A stretch of DNA of 6,807 bases from positions 1-6,807 of the IMG/VR virus record IMGVR_UViG_3300045988_005780. One strand, given 5' to 3'. Made by a program: the position numbers and the translations under genes. The number at the start of each line of letters is the position of its first letter. The first letter of the stretch is position 1. The notes below the pieces were generated by a model. The model had not been told where the DNA came from. It worked only from the letters and a program-made list of their open reading frames with translations, and did not search any database. Shown here piece after piece: positions 4,904 through 6,807 of the stretch. This DNA is from a virus.

Positions 4904-6457
4904 ATGGCTCTCTTTCCTCGTTGCAATAATCCCGTGCCCGTTGTCGGTCGACATGGTTTGACTCTTGTAGGTTGTCACTCCTGCATACAATGTCGTGTTG
5001 CTGCTCAAGAGCATTTATGTAAGATTTTAGAGGTAGAATCGTCTAAACATAAATATGTTGAATTTATTACTAATACGTATGACGATTTACATTTACCCTA
5101 CATTGATACTTCTTATTTGTACCCATTTGGTTATGCTTTACGCATTCCTAATCGTGTTATTAAAAAGTATAACAGGAAAACTAAAAGTTTCTTCTTTGTT
5201 GAGGATAAAATATCTAAGTCGTTTCAACTTACGGATTTTTCTACTATAGATACTGCTTCTATGTTGCGTGATTATTATACACGTATTGATAAATATTATA
5301 GTAGATTTCCTTCTCGTTCTCGTGGTATTCGTAATAACTCTGTTATTCCTATACTATGGTATGATGATATTAGAAAATATATAGGTCGTTTAAGAAAATG
5401 GTTTTTAAAAGAATATGGTGAAACAATACGGTACTACGTTATTTGCGAGTACGGCTCACAATCATTCCGTCCGCATTATCATATCCTATTATTCCACGAC
5501 TCGCCTAGAGCGAGAGCAGATTTTAGGATTGTTCGAACTTTGCCCCAATCCACCAAAGAAAATCCCCGAGAAATTTGTGTTCAACTCGATTTGGCTGATT
5601 TATGGGTCTACGGTGATACGACTACAAAGGTTACAGACGGCAACATGCAGGAATATGTTAGTAAATATCTTACACAACATTCTGACTTCCCTCGAGTGCT
5701 TGACAAGTTTCCACAAAGGAGTTTTCACTCCATCTTATTGGGTTCAAAGAACAAATCAGAGGTTATTGAATTATTCAAGGCTAGAGATTTCGAAACACTT
5801 ACAACTGATTATGTTGTTAACAAAAAAGGTGTTCGAAGACCTGTTTCCATGTCCGATGCGTATTACTCTCAATTTGCCCTTAGATTTACAGGTTCTTCCG
5901 TCTTTAATGTTGACGAAACTTCTTCCCTTTTTCGTTCGGTTGTATTCGTTGCCCGCCGATTCTTCACTTCTCAAGGAGAAATTTATGACGATTCGTCCGT
6001 AAGAGAGTTTCTTTTGTGGTTGTTCAAGCCTTCCACTATCGAGTTATATAAACATTTATATCAGTTTCGGGCTGTTCATTGGTACGCTGTTACTTATGCA
6101 AAACCGATTTATAATAGTTCGAATTCTGTAAACCCTTTAAAATCGTTGCTTTATGCTGCCCACCATCACTATACGCTATCCTCCTATTTAGGTTTGGATT
6201 TTTTTGAATGTCTCAAGTTACGTTTTGACTTCATAGCTTGGCTTGATTATCAAAATATGGTTCAGTATTTCCAAAATTTGGAAAATGATAAATTATTTGC
6301 TTATGAAAATTATGCAAGTATTTCATTACATACTGGTACGTATGATTTTAATAGTTTAAAAACACGGTCTATTTTTCAGTATCAAGTTCAAAAAGCTAAT
6401 ATGGCTTTTATTGAGAATGTTAAACACCGTGATGTTGTCGATTCTTATAAAAATTAA
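4904..6457 (+). CDS. VP4: Rolling-circle replication initiation protein VP4 (gene A-like HUH endonuclease).
   Basis: 517 aa. The N-terminus has a Cys-rich CNNPVPVVGRHGLTLVGCHSCIQCRVAAQEHLC motif, as seen in microvirus Rep N-termini. It carries three Rep motifs: motif I EFITNTY, motif II RPHYHILLFH (HUH) and motif III MQEYVSKYLTQ (catalytic Tyr pair). Stop TAA 6455..6457 lies 5 nt before the VP1 ATG. Confidence 0.9.
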   Translation: MALFPRCNNPVPVVGRHGLTLVGCHSCIQCRVAAQEHLCKILEVESSKHKYVEFITNTYDDLHLPYIDTSYLYPFGYALRIPNRVIKKYNRKTKSFFFVEDKISKSFQLTDFSTIDTASMLRDYYTRIDKYYSRFPSRSRGIRNNSVIPILWYDDIRKYIGRLRKWFLKEYGETIRYYVICEYGSQSFRPHYHILLFHDSPRARADFRIVRTLPQSTKENPREICVQLDLADLWVYGDTTTKVTDGNMQEYVSKYLTQHSDFPRVLDKFPQRSFHSILLGSKNKSEVIELFKARDFETLTTDYVVNKKGVRRPVSMSDAYYSQFALRFTGSSVFNVDETSSLFRSVVFVARRFFTSQGEIYDDSSVREFLLWLFKPSTIELYKHLYQFRAVHWYAVTYAKPIYNSSNSVNPLKSLLYAAHHHYTLSSYLGLDFFECLKLRFDFIAWLDYQNMVQYFQNLENDKLFAYENYASISLHTGTYDFNSLKTRSIFQYQVQKANMAFIENVKHRDVVDSYKN

Positions 6458-6462
6458 TTATT

Positions 6463-6807
6463 ATGGCTAATAAAGTTTTAGGTATGCACCGCCTTAAAAA
6501 CAAGGTAAATCGCAATGCGTTTGATTTGTCCCATCGTCACATGTTTACCGCCCAAGTTGGCGAACTGTTGCCAGTTTTTACTCAGTGGGTTAACCCAAAT
6601 GAGACCTTTAAGATTGGTTATAACGGTAAAACTCGTACCGCTGCCCTTAACACTGATGCGTTTACTCGTATTCGTGAAAATATCCAGTATTTTTTTGTTC
6701 CTTTCCAGTCTCTTTGGAAGTATTTTGAGCAACAGGTTAATAATATGACCATAGGTGATGCGGGGCAGAATATTTCTAAGTTTGCTGGTAGTTCTACGGA
6801 AGCTTCG
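6463..6807 (+). CDS. VP1: Major capsid protein VP1 (F-like), N-terminal 115 codons. The CDS continues across the circular junction into 1..1835.
   Basis: ATG at 6463 lies 5 nt after the rep stop. The translation MANKVLGMHRLKNKVNRNAFDLSHRHMFTAQVGELLPVFTQW... carries the Microviridae VP1 N-terminal FDLSH..FT...GEL(L)P signature. It reads in-frame into MTIGDAGQNISKFAGSSTEAS, which is identical to bases 1..119 of the window. Confidence 0.85.
   Translation, partial: MANKVLGMHRLKNKVNRNAFDLSHRHMFTAQVGELLPVFTQWVNPNETFKIGYNGKTRTAALNTDAFTRIRENIQYFFVPFQSLWKYFEQQVNNMTIGDAGQNISKFAGSSTEAS
6689..6807. repeat. 119-nt terminal redundancy, identical to window bases 1..119. A circular-permutation overlap of the assembly, not a biological repeat.
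   Basis: Compared by eye, 6689..6807 and 1..119 appear identical, from ATTTTTTTGTTCCTTTCCAG to GGAAGCTTCG. The repeat lies inside the VP1 reading frame, which is continuous across it. Confidence 0.9.

Noticed and set aside
5771-5974. Minus-strand 67-aa ORF inside rep
   Set aside because: No start context. It lies in the locally GC-richer rep island, where stops are depleted on both strands. No other minus-strand coding exists in this single-strand-sense genome. It is retained only as supporting evidence for the composition anomaly.
6478-6732. Minus-strand 84-aa ORF opposite the VP1 N-terminus
   Set aside because: It overlaps the best-supported gene in the window on the wrong strand and has no motifs. 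It is likely a chance open frame.
1-6807. tRNA, rRNA, CRISPR arrays, transposase or integrase genes
   Set aside because: No cloverleaf-like structures, no repeat-spacer arrays, and no ORFs beyond the microvirus set. Nothing in the sequence supports them.

Overview
This window is a complete, circularly permuted Microviridae (small ssDNA phage) genome, not a chromosomal segment. Bases 1..119 are identical to 6689..6807, so the unit length is 6688 nt and the window is one genome plus a 119-nt terminal redundancy. All convincing genes are on the + strand. The sequence is AT-rich with strongly T-ending codons, which is typical of microviruses.

Gene order around the circle:
- Major capsid protein VP1, 686 aa. 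It starts at ATG 6463, runs across the window junction and ends at 1835. The 57..1835 ORF in the track is only the part downstream of an internal Met.
- A 149-aa acidic protein with a Lys/Glu-rich C-terminus (1853..2302), possibly a scaffolding-like protein.
- The minor capsid / DNA pilot protein VP2 (2311..3765), with a Gly/Ala-rich N-terminus and the conserved FNAEEA..RDWQE..AGLN core.
- A strong rho-independent terminator (3772..3804).
- An unusually long structured non-coding region of about 490 nt (3807..4299). It contains a 10-bp perfect inverted repeat around alternating purine-pyrimidine tracts, 11-bp direct repeats, and Bacteroidetes-style -33/-7 promoter motifs.
- Three small, tightly packed ORFs: a predicted small lipoprotein (4300..4509), a start/stop-overlapping 59-aa protein (4502..4681), and a 69-aa protein (4692..4901).
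- The HUH rolling-circle replication initiator VP4 (4904..6457), with motifs FITNTY, HYHILLF and YVSKY.

The least explained parts are the lipoprotein and small-ORF module upstream of rep, the structured non-coding region, and a C-ending codon-usage island inside rep. That island coincides with a stop-free 195-codon +1-frame ORF (5415..6002) and may mark an overlapping gene.

Genome size (6.7 kb), a 686-aa VP1 and a 517-aa rep fit Bacteroidetes-associated (Alpavirinae-like) microviruses better than classical gokushoviruses. This cannot be confirmed without database searches.
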